Part shown: piece after piece, positions 22,780 through 35,493 of the stretch
How positions within the stretch are numbered: the first letter of the stretch is position 1
Layout: each line of letters starts with the position of its first letter
Made by a program: the position numbers and the translations under genes
The notes under the pieces: generated by a model
The model's input: the letters and a program-made list of their open reading frames with translations, nothing else
Databases searched by the model: none
What the model was told of the DNA's origin: nothing
Assembly (NCBI GenBank): GCA_964016885.1
Contig: OZ024740.1
Coordinates: forward strand, 286,192,001 to 286,256,000
Origin: Eledone cirrhosa
Taxonomy: Eukaryota
Reading direction: 5' to 3'
DNA: 64,000 nt

Positions 22780-23936
22780 TTTATATATATATATATATAT
22801 GGTGTTGTTATTTGACGTTGTTGAAAAGAGGAGTGGCCTTTGACCTGGCAATAAAACTGGAGAGAAAATTCTTTCTGTACCAAAAACAAGGCACACACAC
22901 ACACACACACAAGTTTGTGCGTGTGTATGTATGTGAGCACGCGTGTATGTGTGTGTGTATCTATTTATGTATATATATATATATATATAAGGGATACAGA
23001 TATTGTTTGTTCACTGTTACCAAGCATCTCAATTCATTCGTTGCAACTAAGTTTGTGATGGAAGTATTTTGCAAGGTACTTTTTTTCCCTTGAATTTGTA
23101 ATTCCAGAGAAAGGTAAGAATTTGGTATTTTGGCTTTACAGTTTGAATTGTAGAATTGTCTATCCAATCAAAATATTACAACAGCTAACAGTGAAATATA
23201 GAATTTAAAAAAAAAAGCTTTTTCGACTGAAATTATGTCTTTGAGAACATTCATGTCTATTTTTCAAAAATATATAATTTGAAATATATAATTTGCTTTT
23301 GTTTGGGACTGAAACATTTTTGTATTTAATTTGTACGAGTATTTTTTAAAGATTTTTTAAAAGATTCTAACGTTACTTAACTTTGGCCCAGTAATCTACT
23401 GTTATCAAAATCAGTAGTATATTGAAAAATGGAAAAATAGGGTAGGGGCGTTTCGGGATTTTGAGGGGCAAAATGGGTTGAGAACCTGTGTTCTACAGTA
23501 TTTAGAATTTAGAAGAAAAAAAAAAAGAAAGAATAAACCCATGGTCAAATATTCTTACCAACTTACATGTAACAACTGTAATTCTATAGACTAAGCCCTC
23601 AAGGACACATATATACTCTGTCATAAATATTGTTTTCTTTCTTTTCTAGTCATGTTGTGTCATTTTATTTATTTTCCTACAGGTTTTAGCTTGTATTTTA
23701 CTTTTTCTCTCTGTTATTTCATGTTTTTGTGTTGAATCTGTTTTCTACACTCACACACTTGCACAAATACAGGCAAATACAAACATACAGTTTCACTTCA
23801 GTCAGTTCACCTTTTTTTGTAATGGAAATTTTGATACATGCCTTTCATTAGCTGCTTTCATTCAGAAGTCAAGGAAAAAGTTTAACTGACATAAATGGGT
23901 ATGACAACTTGATTCACTCTTTGTCATGATACTATC

Positions 23937-24133
23937 CAAGAGTCAGCTGAAAAGTACATAGGCTGATTATGAAAGAATGATGCTAGTACTGTGAAATCTT
24001 GCATGCATTAATTTCAACTCTTCTTATTAATAACTACATTGTTTTTTTCTAGGGACTATGTTGAAAAATAAGCCTCATTTAGTCATTCCATGTGAGTATC
24101 TTGGTCAGCATATAAACTTTTCAGCTGACCCAC
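23937..24133. mobile_element. Mariner-type MITE
   Basis: TIRs GTCAGCTGAAAAGT / ACTTTTCAGCTGAC; second copy in the opposite orientation at 48607-48780. Confidence 0.75.
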
Positions 24134-25241
24134 ATATTACCTCAAAGATTGGCAAAGTTGGCATCAGCAGGATTTGAATTCAGAGTGTAGAGAGCCAGAA
24201 TATATAGCACATGGTATTTTGTCCTGTACTTTAATGACTCAAGCAATTTGCTGCCTTATTTATTGATCATGTTTGTCAGTCAATAAAATAAAATCTCAGA
24301 AATATATGGCTAATTTGTCAAATAACTTTCATGAATAGGAATCAATATTGGAGAATATAGACATACAGAAAGTGATCCTTGACCTTAGATTTATGGTTTA
24401 TAATATTGACTTAATTGTTGTCATTGGAAAGAGGAGAGAAAAAAATTGAAGTGACATCAGGAGAGCCAGAGAGCATGTCTGGGGTTGAGAGATAAATTGA
24501 ATCAGTTTGCTATGTGTTAGGGACCATCAGAATTGTGTAATGCTTGGAACTAGCAAGAAAGTGAGTCAAGAATTGGTGAATTTTCTTTTTCATATGTATG
24601 CTCTGGAATTCCTGGAGAAGAATGGTATGACACAATTGAAGAAGGGGTATGACACAATTGTTTCGTTATTCATCTATTCAAGGGGATCTTGAGGAATCCC
24701 AAAGGGATAAATATTTGTTTTACAGCTCAACACATATGAAGGTATAGTTGACCTCCTATGAGGTTGCATCTCATAGAAGGTTTCTTGGGAGTTTTAATTC
24801 TTAACATCTTGTAATGATTTAGTAGAAAAATAACTAAAAAGTTTATTCATTCAAATGTTCATAATACCCTTACTAGTGAGCAGATCATTTAAAACATTTG
24901 CAGTATTAGACTAAAAACTTTCATTTTTAATATGATGCAGTCATAGTGCTATTTTGTTCTTTTCAAGAATGTCTTGACTTGAGCAGAATCTGCATAATAT
25001 TAAGCACTCATTTTGGTAGTTAATCAAAATATATATTAAGTTTTGTATTAGCAACCAAAGTCTATGATAGTTATATCAGAACATATACAGAATAGAAGTA
25101 ACTGAGACTGCATAAATTATATATAAATTTACATATTTTTAGTACATAGACATGCAAACATATTAATTACATGTATTTCTCTGTTTGTTAGTTGTCTATG
25201 TATCTGCTTATCTTTGCATTGGCAAGTACTGTGAAGTCTAT

Positions 25242-25500
25242 GCTTTGCTGAAGAGGTCATAATAATTGTTTCTATTTTGGGCACTGGGCCTACAATTTGA
25301 AGGGAAGGGGAAAGTCAATTAAATCGACCCCCAGTGCAGTATTGGTACTTTATTGACCCTGTAAGGATAAAAGGCAAAACTAACGTCAGTGGTATTTGAA
25401 TTCAGAACATAAAGGAACATAGCTATATGCTGCAATGTTTGATGTCTGATGTTCTACCGATAATGCCAATTCCCCGAGAAAGCTGAAACATGTCCGGAGT
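25242..25500 (+). ncRNA. Hammerhead motif interrupted in loop II by a SINE A (about 25259-25477, minus)
   Basis: GCTTTG-CTGAAGA-GGT..[SINE]..GCT-GAAACATGTC-CGGAGT. Confidence 0.6.
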
Positions 25501-26478
25501 TGTCTTCTATGCTTGCTGAAATAATTAATGCAATATTAATCATTTACTAGTTTTGTTTTGCCTCACCACATATTTTTACTTAGTGTTTTGACACTCCTTG
25601 CATTAATTATATTAACACTAATTTAAGTATTGTTTTCACGTAAATGGTACCTAGGAGTTATTTAACCTATAGACCAAGTGGATAATTATCTCTAGACAAC
25701 TCTACATTCCTATGTTAAACTGTGTACAGTAATCTGATAAATAAGCTTTTATTCACTAACATTTCATCAACACTATACCACTGAACTGTATCCTCCCTCT
25801 GCCACTTAAAACAAAAGAAAGAGTGCTGGCATGGCTGTATGGTTAAGAGGTTTGCTCCACTACTATGTAGCTTTAGGTTCAATTCCAGTCTGCAGTATCT
25901 TGAGTCAGTGCATTCAACTGTAACTTTAGAGGACCAAAGTCTTGAGAGAGAACCTTTCAAAACCGAAACTATGTGGAAAACTTTTAGAGAGATTGTTTAT
26001 GTTTTGGGTTGTACAATAACACCACTAGCTGATACATTAGTACTTGAATGGAGTCAAAGCTGTTGTATGTTAGCTTCTTAACCACACAGCTATGCCTATC
26101 AAATATTCAACCTCTATAAACCACACAATATTGGTTTGTATGCATCATATTCAATGTGACAAATTGTCAGTAGTTCTATTCCACTAGGTATATATCAAAC
26201 CTTTGGTATGAAATTATGTGTTACCAAAGTGAAGTATAGTGTCATGCTGCTTCTAATATTCTTGTCTGTTTCTTATACCCTTAGCAATTAAAGTGTTAAT
26301 GCAGGTTAACATGGAAACAGTTGGTCAAATATTGTGATAAACTTGTATAAATCAATGTTATATAATCATGTGAATGCCAATTTTGTGCAATCTAATTCTA
26401 ATTGGAAACAGCTTGCAATTCTAACCTATTTACATACAATATATATATATGTGTGAGTGTGTGTGTGTATATATATAT

Positions 26479-29400
26479 ATCATCATCATCATCATCATCA
26501 TCGTTTAACGTCCATGTTCCACGCTTGCATGGGTTTGGACGGGAGTTTTCCCACTTGAGGCAAGAGTGGTTGTCTTGCTCGCATAGGACTGTCTGGCGGG
26601 TTTTCTATGGCTGGATGCCCTTCCTAACACCAACCACATTTACATTGTGGGACTGGGAGGTTTTTACCGTGTTACCTACACGGCCACATTACAGCGAGGA
26701 CTGTGTGTTTCTTTGTCGTGACACCTACACGACCTCATTTGTTTCGGCCTGGATGTTGTGGTACCAACATAACTTTACATTGGAAGGGGCGGTGTAGATG
26801 GGGTGGGGGTAGTGGGACGGGGGTGTATTTTGTTAGAGGTGCCTACTGACTGTAGTAGGTTTTATTTAGGTAAGGCGGATCTTCTCTATTACTGTGTACC
26901 GCCAAAGATCTCCGTCCAGTGACATTGTCTTGGAGAGGTGTAAGTGTGTGAGGTTGGAATTTATCAGGTCGTCCCATGTTTTTCTGAGGCTGCCTACTCC
27001 GTGGCTACCGTCTATTTTTATTGCCCTGCACGTTTTTTATACAGCTGTCGTCTTTCATGCGCATCACGTGACCATAACAACGTAGCATTCTCTCGAGTAA
27101 ACAACATCTGATCCCTCTTATTTCTAATTTTTCCCTTAGTTCGTTTATGCTTTGCCGTTCACGTATATTACTATTACACATCCAGCGGAGCATGCAAGCT
27201 TCGTTCCTCTCCAGTCTGCGTATATCCTCTGCACACAATGCCCAGGTCTCACTGCCATGCAACATTGCTGTTCGTATGCAGGCATCATACAGCCTGCCTT
27301 TCATTTTTAGGGAGAACCCTTTAGCGACTAATAGTGGTATAAGCTCTCTGAACTTTTTCCATCCAGTTCTGTCTCTAGCTACTGTACTTTCAGAGCACCC
27401 TCCCCCACTGCTGATTTTGTCACCCAGGTAACGGAAGCTGTCCACTATTTCTATAGAACCCTCTGTGCAATTGAAAGAGATAGTATTCTGTGGGCACTTG
27501 CTGCTACTTATTGCACCAGAGCACTGGCCACATGTAAAATCTATGTTCTTAGTTAGCTTACCTGTGATCCCACTACATCTTTTATGCACCCATACTTTGC
27601 ATTTGGGACATAAAATGGAGTTTCTACCTACTCCTTTCCTACACACTGAGCATGGCCATTTCCCGGATGGGACCGGCGCCCTATTTTCCTTCCTACAAAC
27701 TAGAACTTTAGTCTTAGACAGGTTAATTTTAAGGCCTTTTGATTCTAGGCCGTGCTTCCATGTTTGGAATTTCTTCTCTAGTTCGGCCATTGATTCAGCT
27801 ATGAGCATTAGATCATCTGCGTATAGGAGTTCCCATGGGCAGCCGGTCTTGAACTTCACTGTTATAGCCTGAAGGGCAATAATAAATAGTAGGGGGCTAA
27901 GAACGGAGCCCTGATGAACACCAACTTTTATGCTAAACTCTTCACTATATTCGTTTTTAATTCTAACCTTGCTGACTGTTTCTTTATACATGGCTTGTAT
28001 AGCTCTCACAAGCCATTCATCAACACCTAGTTTTCTAAGAGCCCACCAGATAATGGAACGGGGGACTCTGTCGAAGGCTTTCTCCAAGTCGACAAAAGCT
28101 AAGTATAGGGGTTTAATTTTAGCTAGGTACTTCTCCTGTAGTTGTCGTACAATGAAAAGAGCGTCTGTGGTACTTTTACCTGACACAAACCTGAACTGCA
28201 TTTCATCTAGATCAATTCTCTCTCTGATTAGTTGCGCTATTACTTTTTCCGTGACCTTCATGACCTGGTCGATTAATTTAATGCCTCTATAGTTACTCCT
28301 ATCTAGGGCATCTCCTTTACCCTTGTAGCAGTTAATGATGATGCTGCTACGCCAGTCCTTCGGAACAACCCCATTCTGTATGACTTGGTTTACTATCCGG
28401 GTGACCATGGTGTGTCCCACTGTTCCAGAAGCTTTCAGCATTTCAGCAACTATTTCCGAAGGCCCAGCCGCCTTACCCGTCTTCATGTCTTTGATTGCCT
28501 TACTTATTATACTACCTTCGACTAACACTGCTGGTCCCTCTATTGGGTCGATGTGGGGGAGACTGTCTTTCTCCCATTTATTCTCCTCATTTAGTAGCCT
28601 TCCGTATTGACACTTCCAAGCTACCTTCTTATCAGCGTCAGTGATGGCAAGTACACCATCATCATTAAGGACACACTTCTCCCCGACAATATCACGGTTT
28701 TCCTTGACACATTGCCTAGCAATCCTGAACACCTCACGTTTTTGGTCCTCACGTTGTAGAACATGCTTGAACTTTCTTTCCTCTGCTTCTCTTGCGAAGT
28801 ACACTTGTCTCCTAGCTTCCCTCCTGGCCACTTGATAGTCTTCTCTACTTCCCCCATCCCGCTATACTTTCCAAGCCTGCTTTTTGGCCTTAATTGACTC
28901 CTCCACCTTACTGTTCCACCACCCTGTTACTCTCCTCCTGCCTATAGGCCTGCTCCAGCCACAGACTTTGTCTGCTGCCATCAGCAGGTTTGCTTTCAGG
29001 AATTCCCACTGTTCCTCTATATTGTATGACTCTAAATGCTCTTCCTTACTGTCGAAAGCATCAAGTAATATGCTTTTAAATTTATTTCTGGCTCTGGGGT
29101 CCTTTAGCTTCCATATTCTTCTCCTGAGGATAGTCCTCTTCTGCTGTCGAGTACGTCTCGTCCTGACTATGAGGTCGCTAATTATGAGTCTATGTTGGGA
29201 GGAGGATTCATAGAAATGGCTTCTCTCTCTCTCGGCCTGCTAAAATCGCTTTCAGCCCCACTCTCTCTCTATCATATACGCCGCTCTCTCACTCACTCTC
29301 ACTCCCTATGCACCAAATATAAATAAGCCTGTTACGGGGGACAAAACTCAGAATTTGTCAACTCTTATTGATGGTCAGTCTGCTTCTAAGAAATGTAACG

Positions 29401-30701
29401 TACAAATAACATTTTCTTCTCACCTCCCCACCCTTCGGTTCATTCATCCATATATCTATAATTGCCCAGAATCAAAATCTTATTCATAATTGTTTTTCTA
29501 TAATTCTGTCTCACTGTTCTAAAAATCTTCTCCACCAAATATAAATAAGCCTGCTCCCCGCTAACTACCCCATACCCCTCCCTCCCGCCCTCACTCACCA
29601 CCTTATTATTTGGACCAATCATAAGTCAACGGCCTATGCTATCACTTCTGGTTGCTTTTTGATATGATGGATGGACTAAGGAATTTCTGGAGAGTCTGAA
29701 GAATCTGGACACCCGAAGACAATGCCAAAGATAACGACAAATTCACCTCATGCTGCCGGACGAAAGGGCAAGGCCCTCTCCTCTTTGTTGTGGCCACGGA
29801 TGGCCAACATAACCCCAACCCCATCCACCTCATCCCTCCCTGCGCCCCACCCACCAAACGCAATCCAAAACTTCAGAGTTGGTACCATGAATGTAGGCAC
29901 CTTAAAAGGTCGCTCTAACGAGGTTGTAGAAGTGCTTGAAGGTAAGGAGGTTGATGTTTGCTGTATCCAAGAGACCAGGTGGAGGGGCGGGTCTGCTAGA
30001 TTCATTGTGGGTAAAAAACGATGCTATAAGCTTTTCTGGGTGGGAAATGACAATGGGCTGGGTGGGGTAGGAATCATGTTAGCAGAAAAATAGGTGGATA
30101 AGATAATAGACGTAAATAGAGTGAATGACAGAATAATTAAAATAAGACTTGTTCTAAATAGAACTACTGTGACGGTAATATCTGCGTATGCACCCCAACC
30201 CGGACTGCCCAGCACTATAAAAGACAGTTTCTATGAGACACTGATGCTCACTACCTCCCAAATAACCGACAGTGACTATATAATTATTGCTGGTGACCTA
30301 AATGGTCACGTTGGACAACATTGTGACGGCTATGGTGGAATCCACGGAGGCTATGGGTTTGGTACTAGAAATGAGGAAGGCTCCAGAATCCTGGAATTCT
30401 GTGACGCAAATAACCTAACTATCTGTAACACTAACTTCAAAAAACGAGACAATCACTTGATCACCTACAGATCAGGGGAACATACCAGCCAGGTAGATTA
30501 TATCCTTACCAGAAGACGTGACAGAGTGTCTGTTGTAAACACTAAATCCCTCCCCCATGAAGAATGCACCTCCCAACATAGACTCATAATTAGCGACCTC
30601 ATAGTCAGAACGAGACGTACTCGACAGCAGAAGAGGACTATCCTCAGGAAAAGAATATGGAAGCTAAAGGGCCCCACAGCCAGAAATAAATTTAAAAGCA
30701 T
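26479..30701 (-). mobile_element. Apparently complete RTE family 2 LINE with an inverted 5' part
   Basis: Minus-strand RT and 3' UTR at 26479-29202; plus-strand 5' UTR and APE domain at 29203-30701 (ORFs 29722..30093 and 30094..); (TA)n at both outer ends. Confidence 0.93.
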
Positions 30702-31516
30702 TATATATATATATATATTTCTTAGGGTAAACATTGATGCAATTCAATTCAAGCACTCAATGTACTTATTCCACATAGGAGTACGGAGTAAATATCGAAT
30801 AAGGAAAAGTGAAGTAGTTTCAGATGTTCAAGTCTTTTAATAATAATGCTGTGATATATATTTCAATGGCAACAGTGGTCACACTGTTCCGTGCGCCAGT
30901 GTCGCAACATCGCAACATTAGTACCCCTTTCAAAACTTCTTACTTAAACATCTCTCTGCATATTATTTACTCACTTCAATCTATATTTTTATACTCACCT
31001 CAATCCAGATTCTCACTTGAAAAATTTTTAATTTTTAATTGTTAATTTTTCAATTTCTAATTTCTGATATTTGATTTCGGATTTTCGATTTTAAATTTTA
31101 ATTGTTAGTTCTAATTTCCAACTCTCATTCATAAATTCCACTGTGAAACCATGATACATAGAAGTAAGTATATTTTCTGTTAGAGGTTGATGGTCAATTA
31201 TACTGTCCATGCTTAGTGAGAGGTAGTATTGAGACCTATAGATACTCACACTCTCCCATCCCCTCTGGCTTTCGACTGACTACCACAAACGGGATAGGTA
31301 ACAGTAAACTATATTACAGGCCTGAATGGGTTATTGTTTGATTGAGAGGGGGAACTGACTAAGCGAATTTCGTTGAAATCTGCGGTAGTTAACGGTCAAA
31401 TTCCTTCGGACCTGCGCCTGCGCAGACCGGTGGGGGTGAATTGGTACTCACAGGGGAATGGATGAAGAACCCAAAAGCACACACTTCGTCCGTTTCCATG
31501 TCGATTCAATTTGGAT

Positions 31517-31606
31517 TGCCTCGGAAACATAACTTTATTATGTAACAAGCTGTCTGACGATGTCGCAGCACTGGCGCACGGAACAGTGTGGCCACTGTCG
31601 CCATTG
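31517..31606 (+). ncRNA. Hammerhead locus with two alternative folds
   Basis: GAAAC-ATAA..TTAT-GTA-ACA.agc.TGT-CTGACGA-TGtCGC..GCGCA-cGGAAC-AGTG..CACT-GTC. Confidence 0.65.
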
Positions 31607-31640
31607 AAATATATATCACAGCATTATTATTAAAAGACTT

Positions 31641-31825
31641 TATCGGGGGATTGGTAGTATCGGTAGAGAGTCGGACGCCATGCTTTCCAGCATAGTTACG
31701 TCCCTTTACGGTCTGAGTTCAAATCCCGCCGAGGTTTACTTTGCCTTTCATCCTTACGGGGTCGATAAAATAAAGTACCAGTAATGCACTGAGTAATTGC
31801 TGGCCTTGTGCCTAAACTAGAAACA
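31641..31825 (+). mobile_element. SINE family A with an 18-bp TSD
   Basis: ATTATTATTAAAAGACTT at 31623-31640 and 31826-31843. Confidence 0.92.
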
Positions 31826-31872
31826 ATTATTATTAAAAGACTTGAACATCTGAAACTACTTCGCTTTTCTTT

Positions 31873-31921
<49 letters not shown>

Positions 31922-33236
31922 TCATCATCATCATCATTTCATTTTACGTCCGCTTTTCCCTGCTTGCAAGGGTGGGACGGGAACTGATATATATATAATA
32001 AAATATATTTGATCACATGAATGTCTATATTTATTAATATTTTGAAGTAATATATATATATATATATATAATTTCAATTGTTTATACTAGTTTGCTTTAA
32101 TTTGGAAAATATAAGAAAGTAGTTGGATTTCTACTCCTACTGTGGCTCAATTCGATTTCTATGTGAAACTTAAAATTAATGATTAATATATTTATATATC
32201 ATTTCTTCAAAATCCATAATCCATATTGTATTGTTATACCATCATCATGAACATGATTTTATATCTGTTTTTCATGATGACATAAGTTGGAAGGTCATTA
32301 ATGGTTAAAAAATCAGTCCTTATTTGAAGTTACTATCCTCCAAGATAGGGTTAGAGACCATGTCTAGCTCAAGCATTCCCTCATTGGATGGTTTCAAAAG
32401 TTGGATACACTTACTAACACCAACCAATTTACTAAGTGTACTGGGTGAATTTCACTATGGTATCAGTACTAGGGAGGTTATCATGTAAAACAAGAGTTCT
32501 TTATCCTACATTGTTATGTAGAGTCCTCTCTAGCCTTATAAATTTGAGGAGAACATGGAGTGAGTAGAGGAATTAGCAGAGTATCAAACAAAATACTTGG
32601 TTATTTGGTTATGCCCAACTCAGGGCACCACCAAGATACATCATTTATCATGACATTGAGTTAAGGGCGCAAGGAAGGACAACCTAAACTAACATTATCA
32701 ATTTCCTGATTCCACATCCTGCACCCAAAACGTCTTTATAGACTGCGCTAGTTGATAACTATTGCTCTTCAGAATTCTTGGCTTCTCAATCCAATTATAT
32801 TCACACTATCAATCCCCGTTTTGTGATCTCTACTGAATAATAGACTTCTTATTTGAAATTGAATTTACAATTTACACTTTTATAGGTTTAGCTAGTTTCC
32901 TATGAGGTTGCATCTTAATAGCTTCTCAGGTGTTTTAATAATCAGGTTGCCAGTCCTATCATGAAAAGCAACATGAAATGAAGTAGCTTGCTCAAGAACA
33001 GAACATGCCATCTGGTCCAGGAATTGAATCCATGACCTTGAGATTAGAAGTCTAACATCCTAACCACTAGGCCACGTGCATTCACACTTTTCCTTTGTGA
33101 GGCAATTCTTGTATCTTTTGTATCATGTAATTTACAAAAATTTAAGAAAATGTTTAATTAGTTCAGCTCTAACTATCTGGAACAAATCTGTCAAACATGG
33201 GGGAAAATCATTACAAAAAAGAAAACTTTCAATCAT

Positions 33237-33875
33237 CATCATCATCAATTTTAGGCCCACTTTTCCATGCTAGCATAAGTTAGATAGGTCCTTTTCAGCA
33301 CAGCATCTCCACTCATCATGTTCCTTCGCCATCTCCTCTGTGAGCTCTTACCACCTCTGCCCAGGTTTTTCTTGGTCTTCCACTACTGTGGTTTCCTTCC
33401 ACTTGGATTTCCTGGTACTTCTTCACCCAGCAATTATCATCCAAGCACATCACATGTCTATACTAGTGCAGTCATCTCTCTTGTCCACTACTTCTAATTC
33501 CTCTTATATCCAGTTTTTCTCTCAGTTCATCCATGTCATTTACACACATTTCACATCCATTGAATCATGCTTACTTCATTTCTCTCTAGCCTTTGCATAT
33601 CCTCTGTATTCACTACCCAACTTTCACTATCATACAATATTGCTCTTCACACACTAGAGAGGGAGTAGCTACCTAAACTTCTTCCATCCTGTCCTTATTT
33701 TAGGTACTATGCTCTCGGAGCACCCTCCTCCCCTCAGAAGCAGAAGATATCAACCATTTCTATGGACAGTTCCTGGGATTAGAAAAGGTTTATATCTCTG
33801 ACTCTCTTACTATCAATTATCCCTGTACAGCTACTACATATAAAGTCTTCCTTACTTGTCAGTCTGCCTGCTACA
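33237..33875 (-). mobile_element. Old RTE family 1 3' fragment
   Basis: Colinear but diverged relative to 6380-7100. Confidence 0.8.
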
Positions 33876-34119
33876 TTTAATTTCACGAAATGTAAAGAAG
33901 ATTCAAATTGAGTCTTTTGGAATGTTATAAATGTTACCAAATGCAACGAAAAAAAGAAAAACATTTTAACAGACATTCAAAATTATTTCTAAACATTATT
34001 CTGGATTTATTCCAGACTTTAACGATGTTAAGAAACACGAGTTCATGCTTATTAATTAAATTAATAAGCATGAACTGTTTTATAAGGGAGTAAAGAAGGA
34101 AACTTAAGAGATCCTCCTC

Positions 34120-35290
34120 GTTCACCTTTCGTACGAAAGACCCTGCTCACTCATGGCTGCCGACAACAGGGTTACTTTTACCACAGGTGTCCAGCAGGGG
34201 GACCGACTCGGCTCACTCCTATTCGTGCTGGCAGTCGATGAGGTAGCCCAGTTGGTCCGGTCACCCCTCAATGACGCGACCCTGGGCGGCCTGGCTGAGA
34301 CGGTAGTTGAGGACCTTCGACAAGTCATCCCAGCTCTAAAGCTCCTTGGACTTGAGATCAACTCAATCAAGTCTGAGGTGATCAACATCAGCTATGGAGA
34401 GGGAAAATTCTGCAATGCCGTACTCTGCTCATACCTCTTCCTGGCCGGTGCTCAGCTGACCCCCAAGGACGCCGCATGCACTCTCGGCTCCCCCATTCTC
34501 CTGAAAGCCATAAGAGAATGCCTAGAGACCAAGCATGTGGATTTGTCCCGATTAGCAGAGAGGCTGCGGGGCAGTTGTTGACAAGTTCGGCTTGCACCCT
34601 CTTGCCGCCAGAACGCAGGCCAGTTCTCCTGACACGCCGTTCTCAACAACATATTGAGAAGAAGCCTGGATGCAGCTGGCTTTCCATCTCAACTAGGGCC
34701 AGCAGGCCTAGACCGTGGAGATGGCAAACGCCCTGACAGAATCACCCTCTTCCCATTCGAAGGAGGTAGATCCCTCATCTGGGACGCCACCTGCTGCGAC
34801 ACATTCTCCGTCTCCAACTTAGTCACTTTGGCCACAAACCCTGGCTTCGCGGCCAGCTTTGCAGAAGAACATAAAATAAACTAACACCGGGGTTTGTCCA
34901 GCCACTTCCTCTTCGCACTGGTCACCGTCTAGACCTCAGGTGTACTTGGACCCGTATTGCCAAGCTCCTCCACACAATCGGAACATCGATGGCCCGTCTG
35001 TGGAGGGAGCCCGGGGAGATTGGGTGGCTGTTGCAATGGGTGTCACTGGCCATCATCCGTGGGAATGCTTTTGCCATCTTGTCCACGGGGCGCAACACTT
35101 CTGCCCCATGGCCTAGGACCAAAGCTCAATCACCCTCTCCCTTCACCCCTCCCCTCTCTTCTGCGACACCAGAGCTCTTGCCATCCCCTTCCGGTTCTTT
35201 TTCTTCATTCTTTCTCTCTTTTTTCTCTATATTTCCCTATTCATTCTTTCCTTTTGTTTCCTTTTTTTTTATTATTGCTGTCATTATTAT
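34120..35290 (+). mobile_element. CRE-clade-like non-LTR element, internally deleted
   Basis: GVQQGDRLGSLLFVLA..DATLGG..LEINSIKSEV..LGSPI; DGKRPDRITLFPFEGGRSLIWDATCCDT; QWVSLAIIRGNA. Confidence 0.85.
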
Positions 35291-35304
35291 TATTATTATT
35301 GTTA

Positions 35305-35493
35305 GGGCAGTGGATTGGCAGTATCGGTAGAGGGTCTGACGCCATGCTTTGCAGCAAAGAGTTACGGCCCTTTATGGTCTGATTTCAAATCCCGCCGAGG
35401 TTAACTTTGCCTTTCATCTTTACGGGGTCAATACAATAAAGTACCAGTAATACACTGGGATAATTGCTGGCCTTGTGCCAAAAGTAGAAACAA
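35305..35493 (+). mobile_element. SINE family A fused to the 5' end of the Tx1 element
   Basis: Complete SINE ending GTAGAAACAAT with no downstream TSD of its own. Confidence 0.9.

Larger units (their letters stand above)
20745..23490. mobile_element. hAT (Charlie-like) non-autonomous element enlarged by nested insertions
   Basis: TIRs CAAAGGTTCTCAAC / GTTGAGAACCTGTG; 8-bp TSD TTCTACAG at 20737-20744 and 23491-23498; subterminal GGGGCGTT motifs at both ends. Confidence 0.85.
30791..31880 (+). mobile_element. Non-coding fold-back element with hammerhead motifs (PLE pLTR or retrozyme-like)
   Basis: 30791-30915 is inverted relative to 31560-31640 plus 31844-31880; (TA)n on both sides; HHR core at 31524-31599. 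Confidence 0.7.

Noticed and set aside
29690-29810. Possible hammerhead or HDV-like ribozyme in the RTE 5' region
   Set aside because: The required stems or pseudoknot could not be assembled by eye
32720-32785. Minus-strand CTGAAGA with nearby hairpins
   Set aside because: No GAAA or NUH in register
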